Part shown: one piece after another, positions 1 through 9,483 of the stretch
Layout of the letters: the number at the start of each line of letters is the position of its first letter
Position numbering within the stretch: position 1 is the first letter of the stretch
Assembly (NCBI GenBank): GCA_043767805.1
Contig: JAYUGC010000095.1
Coordinates: 1-30,361 of the forward strand
DNA length: 30,361 nucleotides
From: Pseudomonadota bacterium
GTDB taxonomy: Bacteria > Bdellovibrionota > FAC87 > UBA2466
Direction: 5' to 3'
Program-made: the position numbers and the translations under genes
The notes under the pieces: generated by a model
The model's database searches: none
Told to the model about the DNA's origin: nothing
What the model saw: only the letters and a program-made list of their open reading frames with translations

Positions 1-3000
1 CATCGCTTTGGCGGTCAGAGCGATGATGGGTGTGTTTTTGAACCGAGGCTCTTGGCGGATAGCCTTGATCGCCTCGATGCCGTCCATCTCGGGCATCATG
101 ATATCCATCAAAATGACGCTGATATCAGGCTCCTCGGCGAGGCGCTCCAGAGCTTCCCTGCCGGTCTTGGCCGCCACGATCTGAAAGCCGTTGCGAAGGA
201 GCACGCTTCGAAGAGCGAAAATGTTTCTCATGTCGTCGTCGACGAGAAGCGCCTTCTTGTCCTGAAAGACTTCTTCGCGGTGACGTACCTTTTGCAGCAT
301 TTCCTTCTGCGTCCGGGAAAGCTGGCCTTCCATCTTATGAACGAAGAGCGTGACCTCATCGAGAAGCCGCTCGGGAGAGCGGACGCCCTTCAGGACGATG
401 GAACGGGAACTTTCCGCGAGCCGGGCCCGCTCTTCCTTGGTCAAGTCGCGCGCCGTATAAACGATAATGGGAGGGCAGTGTAAGCCCGTCTCTTCCACCT
501 TTTTGAGAAGGTCGAAGCCGCTCATGTCGGGAAGCTTCAAGTCCAGAATGGCGCAGTCGAAATTTTCTTGGGCCAGCTGTTCGAAGGCTTCGGTCCCGGT
601 TCCGACGACTACCGTGACCACGTCCCCGTTTCCAATGATGCGGCGGATGTTGTCTTGCTCGAGCTTATTGTCCTCAATGACCAGAACTCGCTTAAGGCGG
701 CTCGACTGTCCTTTTTCGAGGACCTTGGCGAAAACCGCTTCGAGCTCTTCCTTATCGGCGGGCTTTACGGCGAAACCAATCGCGCCCATGCGCAAGACTT
801 GCTGGCTCCTATCCTCCGCCGACAGAACGTGAACGGGGATATGCCGGGTGGCCGGGCTCTGCTTCAGTCTCTCGAGCACGCCAATGCCGCTGACTCCGGG
901 TAAGTTGACGTCGAGAATGATGGCCATCGGCAGAAAGGTCGTTGCATCGTGGAGGCCCGCCTCGCCGTCGGGCGCGAGTAGACATTTGAAGCCCTTTCGC
1001 TTACAAAGCGCGGAAACAATTTTCGCGAAAACGGGATCGTCTTCGACTACGAGGATAGCCTTATCCCCAGGAAGCAGGCCATCGCGGTCGTCTTGAAACT
1101 CAGGGGCATTTCTTCTCTCTCTCCGGATCTCACTCGACGGTGGCGCCACGGGCTCGGCCGCGGGAGGGGCGGCGGACGCTGGGACAGTCTCGGGGAGAAG
1201 TAAGGTAAGGGTGGTTCCCGTGCCCGGGTCGCTCTTTAAGCGAATGACGCCGCCGAGAAGGCGAGCGAGCTCGCGGGCGATGGTAAGGCCAAGGCCCGTC
1301 CCACCGAAACGACGGCTAATGGTGCCATCCGCCTGCTGAAAGGCTTCGAAGACGAGCTTCTGCTTGTCGGGAGCGATGCCGATGCCGGAATCTTCGACGG
1401 CGATGGCAACTTTGAAATCCCCTTCCTCTCTCGTCGGGCGGCGAATCTCGAGCGTCACAGATCCCTTTTCCGTAAACTTCAAAGAGTTCGAGAGAAAATT
1501 GCGGAGAATCTGCTCGCAACGAGTCTTGTCGGTCGAGATCGACTCGGGCGCACCTTCCGCCGCCGTGATATGAAACGCGAGCCCCTTCTTCGCCATCTGC
1601 GGGCGGAACGTCCGTTCCAAGCGTTCGGCCAGCGCCTTGAAACTCGTAGTTTCAGGCGTGAGCTCAAGCTTTCCGGCCTCAACTTTGGAAAGGTCGAGAA
1701 TATCGTTGATGAGATTGAGTAAGTCGGAAGCGGAGGAATGAATGGTGGATGCGTACTCGACGTCCTCCGCATCCAGATTCTGTTTCGGGTTCTCAACGAG
1801 CAGATTCGACAGCAAAAGGACGCTGTTTAAAGGCGTCCTGAGCTCGTGCGACATGTTGGCGAGGAACTCGGACTTGTAGCGGCTAGCCGTCTCTAGATTT
1901 CTCGCTTTTTCTTTCGTCTCTTCCTGAGCCCGGAAAAGCTCGGCATTGGACTCTTCGAGCTTTTCCTTTTGCTCCTCGAGCAAAGCCTGCTGCTGTTCGA
2001 GCTCCGAGTTGTTTTGTTCGAGATTATGCTGCTGGGCGAGAAGCTCCTGGGATTTCTGCTGCAAATCCTCATTAGTGCTTTCGAGCTCTTCCTGCTGCGA
2101 CTGTAGCTCTTCCGCCTGGCGCTGCGTCTCCTCGAGCAGCTCTTGAAGCTTCACTCTACCCTGTGCCGACTGAATGGCCGACCCCAGCTTCTCCGAAGAT
2201 CGCTTGAGCAGTTCTGAAATAGCGGAGGGAGGAGCTTGCAAGAAACCTAGCTCGATGACGCCTTTTAAAGTCTCATCGATCTCGAGTGGGGCGAGAATCA
2301 CGAACTTGGGCGAGGCTGCGCCGAGGCCGGAGGACACTTTCAAATAATCAGCGGGCAACGCGGCAAGGGCGATAATCTTTCTCTCCAACCCGCATTGTCC
2401 GACGGCGCCCTGACCGAAGACATAGGTTTTGCTGCCCCCGGCTCGCTCGTCGTACGCATAGCCCGCGCACTCCATGAGACGGTTCCTGCCGTCCAGCACG
2501 AAGACGCGCCCGACCTGGGCGCTCGTATAATCACAAAGATAATTGAGCGCGTTCTGGGATAGCTCGCTGACGGATTGCTCTCCCCGGACCACGTCCGAGA
2601 GACCGGATTGAGAGGTCTGTAACCAGTTCTGCTCTTCGAGGGCGGCATTTTGATCGCGGCTCTTCTGGAGACTCGCATTAAATCGCGTGGAAAGATCGGA
2701 GAGCTGCTTGCGCCCAAACAGCGCGAGAAAAAGCCCGACGAGCAAGCTTCCCAGGACGCCGAGAATCAAAGTCCAGCGGGCGGTGCTTTCCGACGCCGCC
2801 TTCCGGGCATCCCGCAAACGCGCTTCCACTTCCACGAACTCGGAAAACGTATTGCGGATCTCGTCGACGAGCTTTTTACCGATCTTTTCTTTGACGGGTT
2901 TTAAGTAGTCGGCATTTTCATAGCGCAACCTTTGGATCCGACTCGCGAAGTTTTCCCATTCGACGAAGCGCGCCCGGACGCGCTCCAGACGGGCGACCTG

Positions 3001-3339
3001 ATCGACGTCCCCCTCCACCATTTTCTTTAAAGCCAGGAGCTGATTGTAAAATTCGGCCTGAGCCATTTTTCGCGGCTCCAAGAACTCCTCATCTCCGGTA
3101 AGCAGATACCCGCGCAAACCCGTCTCGGAATCGATGAGTAACTTTAAGCTCGCGTTCGCCTGACCAATGATGCGCTCGCTTTTTTCGACCAGCCGGCTGG
3201 TATCCAGAAGATAGATCACGAGAGTGACGAAGAGAGCGGCCGAGGCGACGGAGAGAGCCAAGGGCAAGACGATATTACGGAGCAGAACGTTTCTAAAAGA
3301 ACGTGCTTCGTTCGCGTCTTGTTGTTCTAGGGTTTTCAA
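1..3339 (-). CDS. Membrane hybrid sensor histidine kinase (TM-CHASE3-TM-GAF-HisKA-HATPase-3xREC), 3' end beyond the left edge
   Basis: Absent from the ORF track because it has no stop in the window. Manual translation from TTG at 3339 gives MKTLEQQD...IVLPLALSVASAALFVTLVIYL (TM), DSETGLRGYLLTGDEEFLEP (CHASE3), KSEFLANMSHELRTPLNS (H-box), GTGLGL (G2 box) and three receivers (VVEDD..LDVNLP, VIEDN..LDLKLP, VVDDD..MDIMMP). It ends PIIALTAKAM at base 1 in the same frame. Confidence 0.92.
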   Translation of the reverse strand, partial: MKTLEQQDANEARSFRNVLLRNIVLPLALSVASAALFVTLVIYLLDTSRLVEKSERIIGQANASLKLLIDSETGLRGYLLTGDEEFLEPRKMAQAEFYNQLLALKKMVEGDVDQVARLERVRARFVEWENFASRIQRLRYENADYLKPVKEKIGKKLVDEIRNTFSEFVEVEARLRDARKAASESTARWTLILGVLGSLLVGLFLALFGRKQLSDLSTRFNASLQKSRDQNAALEEQNWLQTSQSGLSDVVRGEQSVSELSQNALNYLCDYTSAQVGRVFVLDGRNRLMECAGYAYDERAGGSKTYVFGQGAVGQCGLERKIIALAALPADYLKVSSGLGAASPKFVILAPLEIDETLKGVIELGFLQAPPSAISELLKRSSEKLGSAIQSAQGRVKLQELLEETQRQAEELQSQQEELESTNEDLQQKSQELLAQQHNLEQNNSELEQQQALLEEQKEKLEESNAELFRAQEETKEKARNLETASRYKSEFLANMSHELRTPLNSVLLLSNLLVENPKQNLDAEDVEYASTIHSSASDLLNLINDILDLSKVEAGKLELTPETTSFKALAERLERTFRPQMAKKGLAFHITAAEGAPESISTDKTRCEQILRNFLSNSLKFTEKGSVTLEIRRPTREEGDFKVAIAVEDSGIGIAPDKQKLVFEAFQQADGTISRRFGGTGLGLTIARELARLLGGVIRLKSDPGTGTTLTLLLPETVPASAAPPAAEPVAPPSSEIRRERRNAPEFQDDRDGLLPGDKAILVVEDDPVFAKIVSALCKRKGFKCLLAPDGEAGLHDATTFLPMAIILDVNLPGVSGIGVLERLKQSPATRHIPVHVLSAEDRSQQVLRMGAIGFAVKPADKEELEAVFAKVLEKGQSSRLKRVLVIEDNKLEQDNIRRIIGNGDVVTVVVGTGTEAFEQLAQENFDCAILDLKLPDMSGFDLLKKVEETGLHCPPIIVYTARDLTKEERARLAESSRSIVLKGVRSPERLLDEVTLFVHKMEGQLSRTQKEMLQKVRHREEVFQDKKALLVDDDMRNIFALRSVLLRNGFQIVAAKTGREALERLAEEPDISVILMDIMMPEMDGIEAIKAIRQEPRFKNTPIIALTAKAM

Positions 3340-3358
3340 AGTCTGCTTTCCATCGGTG

Positions 3359-4513
3359 TCAGTGGGTCAAAGGGCTCGGTCCGGAGCTGCCTTCGTTGAT
3401 TTCCCAAACCGGCAAAGTAAATGTGAAGGAAGATCCCTTGCCCACTTCGGAGTCGACCCAAATCTTGCCTCCGTGCTTTTCGACGATGGTCTTGCAAATG
3501 GAGAGACCGATACCGTCGCCCGCGAATTCCTCACGAGCATGCCCACGCACGAAGGCGTCGAAAATCTTGTTCTTCTCGGCTTCCGGAATCCCGATGCCGT
3601 TGTCGCTCACCGAGAACGTCCAGCTATCCGGAGTACGCTCGGCGGAGATGCGCACTTCCGGGGCTTTGCCGCTAGTGAACTTCATGGCGTTACTGATCAA
3701 GTTCTGAAACAGCTGGCGGTACTGAGTCCGGTCGCAGGGCACGGAAGGCAAACCTGAGACCGAAAATTGCGCACCCTTCTCTTCGATGGAAGCCGAAAGA
3801 TCATGCAGGACTTCTTTCACCAAATCGTTACAGTCCGTTTCGGAAAGCTCGACCTTCACTCCTCCTACCTGCGAGTGACGAATTAGGGACTCGACCAAAG
3901 TGGACAAGCGCTTTGAGCCGGTAACGGCGTAATTGATGTACTCGTCCGCATCCTTATCGAGCTTTCCCCTATATTTTTTGGCAAGAAGCGAGAGATAGGA
4001 ACCGATCACGCGAAGCGGCTCTTTGATGTCATGGGAGGCGATGTAAGCAAAGCGTTCGAGCTCTCTATTGGAAACGGCGAGCTCTTCCTGAGAACGCTCG
4101 AGCTTTTCGAGTTGGTCCTGAAGGAGCTGCTTCTGCCGATAGAGATCGAGAAAGACTTTCACCTTGCTGCGGACGATGCGCTCGTTCAACGGCTTGTGCA
4201 GAAAATCCACCGCGCCGGCGTCAAAGCCGCGAAACGTGGCGGCCTGATCGTGTACGCCCGCTGTAACGAAAATGATGGGGATGCTTTGAGTGTCGTCGGA
4301 CGAGCGCATGAGCTCGGCCAGTTCGAACCCATCCATCTCTGGCATCTGAACGTCGATGAGCGCGACGGCGAACTGGTGCTCGATGAGCAACTCCAAAGCC
4401 TGACGGCCGGAGGTCGCCTTGAAGATCTCGCGCTCGGGCCCGCGGAGCAGGCCTTCCAGCGCCAGCAAATTTTCCCGGCGGTCATCCACCAATAGAACTT
4501 TTGCGCGCTTCAT
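3359..4513 (-). CDS. Response regulator receiver-histidine kinase (REC-HisKA-HATPase)
   Basis: VLLVDD...[10 protein letters not shown]...FLHKP receiver; [15 protein letters not shown]-box; [15 protein letters not shown] and GDGIGLS ATPase boxes; AGGAG upstream. Confidence 0.95.
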   Translation of the reverse strand: MKRAKVLLVDDRRENLLALEGLLRGPEREIFKATSGRQALELLIEHQFAVALIDVQMPEMDGFELAELMRSSDDTQSIPIIFVTAGVHDQAATFRGFDAGAVDFLHKPLNERIVRSKVKVFLDLYRQKQLLQDQLEKLERSQEELAVSNRELERFAYIASHDIKEPLRVIGSYLSLLAKKYRGKLDKDADEYINYAVTGSKRLSTLVESLIRHSQVGGVKVELSETDCNDLVKEVLHDLSASIEEKGAQFSVSGLPSVPCDRTQYRQLFQNLISNAMKFTSGKAPEVRISAERTPDSWTFSVSDNGIGIPEAEKNKIFDAFVRGHAREEFAGDGIGLSICKTIVEKHGGKIWVDSEVGKGSSFTFTLPVWEINEGSSGPSPLTH

Positions 4514-4849
4514 CTTGCTAAAAAACTCCTAGAAACAGAGAGAAAATCCGATTTCGAAGCGGCAATCTAGCGATTCCTACATTCCGAGTCGAGCCCGCCT
4601 CGGGCCTGAGCCTAAATTTCAATATTTATAAATACTTATATGTCCTGCCTAAGGGCAGGAATGAAACGGGTCTTCTATCCCCGGTCACCCGCTTTTTAAG
4701 GCGCGGCCCGAAGGGCCGCTCCTTCTATTGATTCGAGGCCCCGTTCGCACTCGAGAGCCGCATAACTTAAGATAGGTAAACTACCGTTTTTGTAAAACTT
4801 GTAAAACGGTAGCCGGGACAAAAGATGCCTTCGTTCCCCCGAGCTGGCA

Positions 4850-5262
4850 AGCCGCGCTTCTTCCAGATCCTTGAGCTCATAGCGAGCTCCGATGAATGGC
4901 TCCAACCGATGTGTCTTCAGGAAGCCCAGGAGACCCGTCATGTCATGTCATGTCTTGTCTCGATCCCGCGGTGACTCCTTGGATCTTGAGCACCTTGCTC
5001 AAAACGAAAGGAATCGCAAAGCTCGCGCTCTGCTCTTTGAGAAAGCCAATCACCGCAACGTGCCCACCCCAAGACGTCCAGCCTTGCGACATGTGCAACT
5101 TTGACCCCCTCCTCTTCCAGCTCCCTCTGCAGGGGTCTGAGATCGGTTTGAGCCGTGATGAGCAGGTCATATCCATTCTCGGCGAATTGCCGAGCTAGCT
5201 CCAGACCGATACCACTTGAAGCACCAGTGACCACGGCAAAAGCGTGCCGTTGCGTTTTCCAT
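4850..5262 (-). pseudogene. Chimeric remnant: SDR N-terminus joined to the C-terminal part of an MDR (zinc-type alcohol dehydrogenase-like) gene
   Basis: GGAGG-ACAG-ATG at 5262 is one base out of frame with FAVVTGASSGIGLELARQFAENGYDL (SDR Rossmann motif). Another frame then reads GGHVAVIGFL...KIQGVTAGSRQDMT/GLLGFLKTHRLEPFIGARYELKDLEEA (MDR C-terminal pattern), broken by a 5-bp repeat expansion. Left boundary approximate. Confidence 0.75.
4937..4951. repeat. (GTCAT)x3 tandem repeat
   Basis: Directly visible. Removing two units rejoins ORFs 4943..5176 and 4696..4941. Confidence 0.9.
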
Positions 5263-5301
5263 CTGTCCTCCGATAAAAAACCGAAGCTCTTTCGGGTTCA
5301 G

Positions 5302-5317
5302 TGCAGACGCTTTGCCA
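5302..5317 (-). promoter_or_regulatory. Putative sigma54 (-24/-12) promoter of the SDR remnant
   Basis: Minus strand TGGCAAAGCGTCTGCA: GG-N10-GC spacing, about 40 nt upstream of the ATG at 5262. Confidence 0.45.
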
Positions 5318-5340
5318 ATACGGCGCTAGAGTGAGCTGGC

Positions 5341-6201
5341 GTGCCCGACTATAGAACAAAATTCAGCGTCGCCTCCGGAACCAAAATCCATCTCGAGGAT
5401 TTCGATCCTTCCGGTCACGGCAAGGTCGAATCCGAAGAGGACGCTAAGCTTCAGACGACAGCGAATCTCGAGGAACTGAAAGATCTGCAATCCCTGCTCT
5501 ATGCCGAGGGAAAGCACTCCCTGCTCATCGTCTTTCAGGGCCTCGATACGTCGGGTAAGGACGGCGCCATCAAACACGTGTTCTCCGGAGTAAATCCCCA
5601 GGGCTGTCAGGTCGTTGCTTTCAAGGAACCGACGCCGACAGAGCTGGCTCACGACTTTCTTTGGCGCGTGCACCCTCACGTCCCGCCCAAGGGAAGCATC
5701 GCCATCTTCAATCGCTCTCATTACGAAGCCGTGCTCGTCGAACGAGTCTATAAGCTCGTACCGCGCTCGAAGTGGTCGCAGCGCTATGATCTCATCAAGG
5801 ATTTCGAGCGCACCGTACACTCCGAAAACGATACGACCATCCTCAAATTCTTCCTGCACATCTCCAAAGAAGAGCAACTGAATCGTTTCAAGGATCGCCT
5901 CGTGGATCCGAAGAAGCGCTGGAGGATCAGCGAGGCCGATTATAAAGATCGAGGGCTGTGGGACGAGTACACCGAGGCGTACGAAGAACTTTTGCGCAAG
6001 ACGAGCACGAAGCACGCACCCTGGTTCATCATACCTTCCGACAAAAAATGGTTCCGCAACCTGGCCATTTCCCAGATCCTCGTGAACACTCTATCGGATC
6101 TCAAAATGAAGCCCCCCGAGCCGAAGGTGGATCTGGCGGAAATAGAGAAACAATTTCATCTCGCGGAACGAGAGAGCAAGACAAAGCAAAAGAAGTGCTA
6201 G
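5341..6201 (+). CDS. ppk2: Polyphosphate kinase 2 family protein (single domain, class III-like)
   Basis: QGLDTSGKDG Walker A, FKEPT, HDFLWR, FNRSHYE, KFFLHISKEEQ, APWFIIPSDKKW. Confidence 0.95.
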   Translation: MPDYRTKFSVASGTKIHLEDFDPSGHGKVESEEDAKLQTTANLEELKDLQSLLYAEGKHSLLIVFQGLDTSGKDGAIKHVFSGVNPQGCQVVAFKEPTPTELAHDFLWRVHPHVPPKGSIAIFNRSHYEAVLVERVYKLVPRSKWSQRYDLIKDFERTVHSENDTTILKFFLHISKEEQLNRFKDRLVDPKKRWRISEADYKDRGLWDEYTEAYEELLRKTSTKHAPWFIIPSDKKWFRNLAISQILVNTLSDLKMKPPEPKVDLAEIEKQFHLAERESKTKQKKC

Positions 6202-6271
6202 ACCGCCTCTATTCACCAAACGGGTACGTCTGAAAGTTGAGACAAATCCCGAAAAGCGCCTGGAGCCAGGT

Positions 6272-6287
6272 CGGCATGTCCGTTGCA
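6272..6287 (+). promoter_or_regulatory. Putative sigma54 promoter of topoisomerase IB
   Basis: CGGCATGTCCGTTGCA closely matches TGGCACG-N4-TTGCW. Confidence 0.6.
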
Positions 6288-6300
6288 CAGACGTCGCCCC

Positions 6301-7380
6301 ATGAGAGCTGCGTTGAATCTAGCCCCCAAAGCCTGGGCGAAAAGAGCCCATCTCACCTATGTGAACTGTGATGAGCCCGGTTACCGGCGCGTGGGTCCCG
6401 CGAAGCGGTTCAGTTACGTGGACCCTCACGGCAAAACGGTACGAGACGCGAAAACGCTCAAACGAATTAGATCTCTCGTCCTGCCGCCCGCTTGGAAAAA
6501 CGTCTGGATCTGCGCCCGACCCGAGGGGCACTTGCAGGCGACCGGCATCGACGCCAGAGGGAGAAAGCAGTACCGCTATCACCCGAAATGGTCCGCGTTG
6601 CGCGGCGAAACGAAATACGCAAAGCTCATTCACTTTGGGCGAAAGCTTCCCAAGATCCGGGCGCGCATCGGCCAAGATCTCGACAAGCCGGGGCTTCCCA
6701 AGGAAAAAGTACTCGCCACCATCGTGCGCCTGCTCGAAACTTCCCTCATCCGGGTCGGCAACGAAGAGTACGCCCGCGACAATCAATCCTTCGGCCTCAC
6801 CACCATGAAGGACAAGCACGCCGAGATTCACGGGCAGGAGATCCAGTTTCATTTCAAAGGAAAGAGCGGCGTCAAGCACGCCATCGACGTTCGGAATCCG
6901 AGACTCGCGAAAATCGTGAAAAAGTGCCAGGACATTCCGGGTCACGATCTGTTTCAGTATTTGGACACCGACAAGCAGAGCCACCACATCACGTCGTCGG
7001 ACGTGAACGAGTATCTGCACGAGATCGCCGGAGAGGAGTTCACGGCGAAGGATTTTCGCACTTGGGCGGGCACCGTGCTCGCGGCGCAGGCTTTGAAGGA
7101 GTTCGAGGCGGTCGATAGCAATGCCCAAGCCAAGCGAAATATCGTTCAAGCCATCGAATCGGTCGCTAAAAAGCTAGGCAACACGAAAGCCGTTTGCCGG
7201 AAGTGTTACATCCACCCCGCGGTGCTGGACTGCTATCTCGATGGGACACTCGCGGAAATGCTCACCAAGAAAATCGATCGTGAGATCAGCCAGCACCTTA
7301 AAAGCCTTTCTCCGGAAGAAGCCGCGGTCCTGGCGTTTCTCCATAAATCTTTGCCGCAAGTGACGGCCCCGCTGGCTTAA
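6301..7380 (+). CDS. Bacterial DNA topoisomerase IB
   Basis: LPPAWKNVWI, DARGRKQYRYH, IRVGNEEY, FKGKSG, KDFRTWAGT, KLGNTKAVCRKCYIHP (catalytic Tyr). ATG 6301 preferred because TTG 6283 lies inside the sigma54-like motif. Confidence 0.95.
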   Translation: MRAALNLAPKAWAKRAHLTYVNCDEPGYRRVGPAKRFSYVDPHGKTVRDAKTLKRIRSLVLPPAWKNVWICARPEGHLQATGIDARGRKQYRYHPKWSALRGETKYAKLIHFGRKLPKIRARIGQDLDKPGLPKEKVLATIVRLLETSLIRVGNEEYARDNQSFGLTTMKDKHAEIHGQEIQFHFKGKSGVKHAIDVRNPRLAKIVKKCQDIPGHDLFQYLDTDKQSHHITSSDVNEYLHEIAGEEFTAKDFRTWAGTVLAAQALKEFEAVDSNAQAKRNIVQAIESVAKKLGNTKAVCRKCYIHPAVLDCYLDGTLAEMLTKKIDREISQHLKSLSPEEAAVLAFLHKSLPQVTAPLA

Positions 7381-7469
7381 ACCTCGAAGCATTTCAAGAT
7401 AGGACAATCCGCGATGGGCTTACTGGCGACGCACGCTTTGGTGACGTCGTTGAGTACCTTCCGCATCCG
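7377..7469 (-). pseudogene. C-terminal remnant of a MerR-family metal-responsive regulator
   Basis: Manual translation RMRKVLNDVTKACVASKPIADCPILKCFEV*; the C-x8-CPIL metal loop is typical of MerR/CueR/ZntR tails. No HTH region upstream. Confidence 0.65.
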
Positions 7470-7484
7470 GCATGTTTATCCTCT

Positions 7485-7617
7485 CTAAGGACTTCTGGAT
7501 GTCCTTCACCTTGAGGCTCACCGAGAACTGGCCGTAATCGAGCTTAGGCTTTGCCCTGGCCCAGGCGGGCATCCCCAGACAGGCCGCGAAAACCGATAGA
7601 ACTATCCAATTTTTCAT
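7485..7617 (-). pseudogene. N-terminal remnant of a VOC/glyoxalase-like protein carrying a signal-peptide-like start
   Basis: MKNWIVLSVFAACLGMPAWA-RAKPKLDYGQFSVSLKVKDIQKSLE resembles the VOC start (GxFSVSLxVKDxxxS..FY) but is cut off there. Boundary approximate. Confidence 0.55.
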
Positions 7618-7731
7618 CCCTTTTTCTACCCCGGGTTCTCTACCTTCTAAGTCAGACTCCCCGTTCCCGGCAACGTTGAACCCAAACCCGCGTCTATGTT
7701 AAATAGGGCCACTTTTGACAGAGAGGTTCCT

Positions 7732-8142
7732 TTGAAAAACCGCCTTCTAGCCGTTCTTTGCCTGACCCTTTCGTCCTCCGCTTTCGCGACGAAATCTTCC
7801 GTCTGGTGTGACAGCCGGGTCAGGGGTTGGGCCAAGACCTACATGGTCACGTTCAAGCTCGATCACGACGAGGCGAAGAGCACCTGCACCGCGACGGGCG
7901 ACAGCGGCGAATTTGCCGCCGGCGCCGATCACGAATTCGCCTGCCGTATTGACCGGGTGGATAACACCGGAAAGATATTTCGCATCGAGCTCGACGTGAC
8001 TAAGACCACCAACCCTTCGGGCGATCCGGGCCGGTTCGCGGAATGGCTCCGCATCTATCACGACTTTGACGGAAGCTGGGGCCAGGGTCTGGCCGGTTTG
8101 AAAGACGGCACCATTGCGACGATGACCTGCCGCCCGGGTTGA
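7732..8142 (+). CDS. Hypothetical secreted protein
   Basis: GAGAGG then TTG at 7732; signal peptide MKNRLLAVLCLTLSSSAFA; four Cys in the mature part. Confidence 0.75.
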   Translation: MKNRLLAVLCLTLSSSAFATKSSVWCDSRVRGWAKTYMVTFKLDHDEAKSTCTATGDSGEFAAGADHEFACRIDRVDNTGKIFRIELDVTKTTNPSGDPGRFAEWLRIYHDFDGSWGQGLAGLKDGTIATMTCRPG

Positions 8143-8159
8143 GATAAGACGGAGCTTAT

Positions 8160-8702
8160 ATGAAATGCCCTTGTGGAACGGATAGCCCTTTAGAAACCTG
8201 CTGCGGCCCTTACCTCTCCGGCAAAGCTTTCCCCGACACGGCGGAAAAGCTGATGCGTAGCCGCTACACGGCTTACACCCAAGCCAACGTCGAGTACCTG
8301 AAGATGTCCATGGTTCCCGAAGCCCGCACGGATTTCGATCCGGCGGCCACCGAGAAATGGGCCAAGGAATCCAAGTGGAAGGGTCTAAAGATCCTGAGCA
8401 CGGAAAAAGGAACGGCGTCGGACACGAAGGGCGAGGTCGAGTTCATCGCGACCTACGAACAGGAAGGCGCGGGCGTCGATCACCACGAGGTCTCCCAGTT
8501 TCGTAAGACCAAGGATGGCCACTGGCTTTTCGTCGACGGCGAAGGCCACGTCCACAAAGAGGGCGAAGGCCATAAGCACGACGACACCCCGAAAGCTCCC
8601 GTGGTGCGGGAAGGCTCTAAAATTGGCCGCAACGACGCGTGCCCCTGCGGCAGCGGCAAAAAGTACAAGAAGTGCTGCGAAGGCAAAGCCGCTAAGGCTT
8701 AG
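8160..8702 (+). CDS. ychJ: YchJ family SEC-C motif protein
   Basis: N-terminal CPCG...[21 protein letters not shown]-terminal [25 protein letters not shown]. Confidence 0.92.
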   Translation: MKCPCGTDSPLETCCGPYLSGKAFPDTAEKLMRSRYTAYTQANVEYLKMSMVPEARTDFDPAATEKWAKESKWKGLKILSTEKGTASDTKGEVEFIATYEQEGAGVDHHEVSQFRKTKDGHWLFVDGEGHVHKEGEGHKHDDTPKAPVVREGSKIGRNDACPCGSGKKYKKCCEGKAAKA

Positions 8703-9292
8703 TTTTCGCTCCAGTAGCCGCCCTTGAACAATGAGAAGTTCGCCTGCCCGCTGGGCTGCAGGTACATGTTGGCGGCGTCCAGGCGCACGCGCATGTTGCG
8801 GCTTCCGTCGTAGAGGTACACGGAATTCGCGTCTTCGCCGTAGGCTTTGAAGAACCAGGCCGGCTTCGCGTCGCCCGCGAGGCGCTCTTCCCAGGCGCAT
8901 CCGTTCAAGCGAGACAGCGTGCCCGTCCATTGGCCGTTGTACTGATGGAAGAAGCGAACCCGTTTATCGAACGTGCCCTTTTGGTAAAAGTGGAAGGCGG
9001 GCTCGTTATCGAACTTGAGCTGCATGTCGTCATAGTTGATGCGCACGGTGAGCTTGCGGCCTTCGTCTCTTAGATAAAGGTTGTTCAGATCCGAGCTGAT
9101 CTTCTTAAAGCGCCACATGGCGGTGCAGTTGACCGTTTCGACCCAGGTGGCGGAGCTGCTTTCGTAGAGAATGTAGTGCTTGGGGTCGTTGTGATTGCGC
9201 CAGTGATTCTTGGGACTGGTCGGCGGATCGGCCTTCACGCCCAACCCGAAAAACACCGCCATCCCGATCGCCAAAACCTTGAAGAAGCCCAT
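8699..9292 (-). CDS. Hypothetical secreted protein with two tandem homologous domains
   Basis: GGGAGG RBS before ATG 9292; signal peptide [21 protein letters not shown]; internal repeat WxE...WxFK...D.N.(L/V)YL.D..R...VR. Confidence 0.8.
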   Translation of the reverse strand: MGFFKVLAIGMAVFFGLGVKADPPTSPKNHWRNHNDPKHYILYESSSATWVETVNCTAMWRFKKISSDLNNLYLRDEGRKLTVRINYDDMQLKFDNEPAFHFYQKGTFDKRVRFFHQYNGQWTGTLSRLNGCAWEERLAGDAKPAWFFKAYGEDANSVYLYDGSRNMRVRLDAANMYLQPSGQANFSLFKGGYWSEN

Positions 9293-9467
9293 GGAACCTC
9301 CCTTTCCGGCTGATACTTCTTCGGGACAGGAAAATTGGCAAGAAGACAAAAGGGGTCCCGTATAAACCGCTAAAAATGTTTTCAAGAGCGTCTCCTTTTT
9401 CCGCCTGAAAATAACAAGTCTGTCTCCATTTGGAAACAGGACCCCCGAGCTTTGCTCAGCAAGTCCT

Positions 9468-9483
9468 GGGCAAGCTTATTGCA
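9468..9483 (+). promoter_or_regulatory. Putative sigma54 promoter of katE
   Basis: GGGCAAGCTTATTGCA: GG-N10-GC with TTGCA, about 40 nt before the GTG start. Confidence 0.55.

Noticed and set aside
52..3757. Plus-strand ORFs over the kinase region
   Set aside because: Antisense shadows of the long minus-strand kinase frames; no motifs.
5275..5295. Terminator-like CCGAA-N5-TTCGG with A tract
   Set aside because: The 5-bp stem is too weak to call, and it lies in a divergent promoter region.
5326..7149. Long minus-strand ORFs (229 aa and 276 aa)
   Set aside because: Antisense to ppk2 and topoisomerase IB; expected from GC-rich codon bias.
6301..7380. Topoisomerase IB as an integrase or viral marker
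   Set aside because: Standard bacterial TopIB motifs; no att sites or phage genes nearby.
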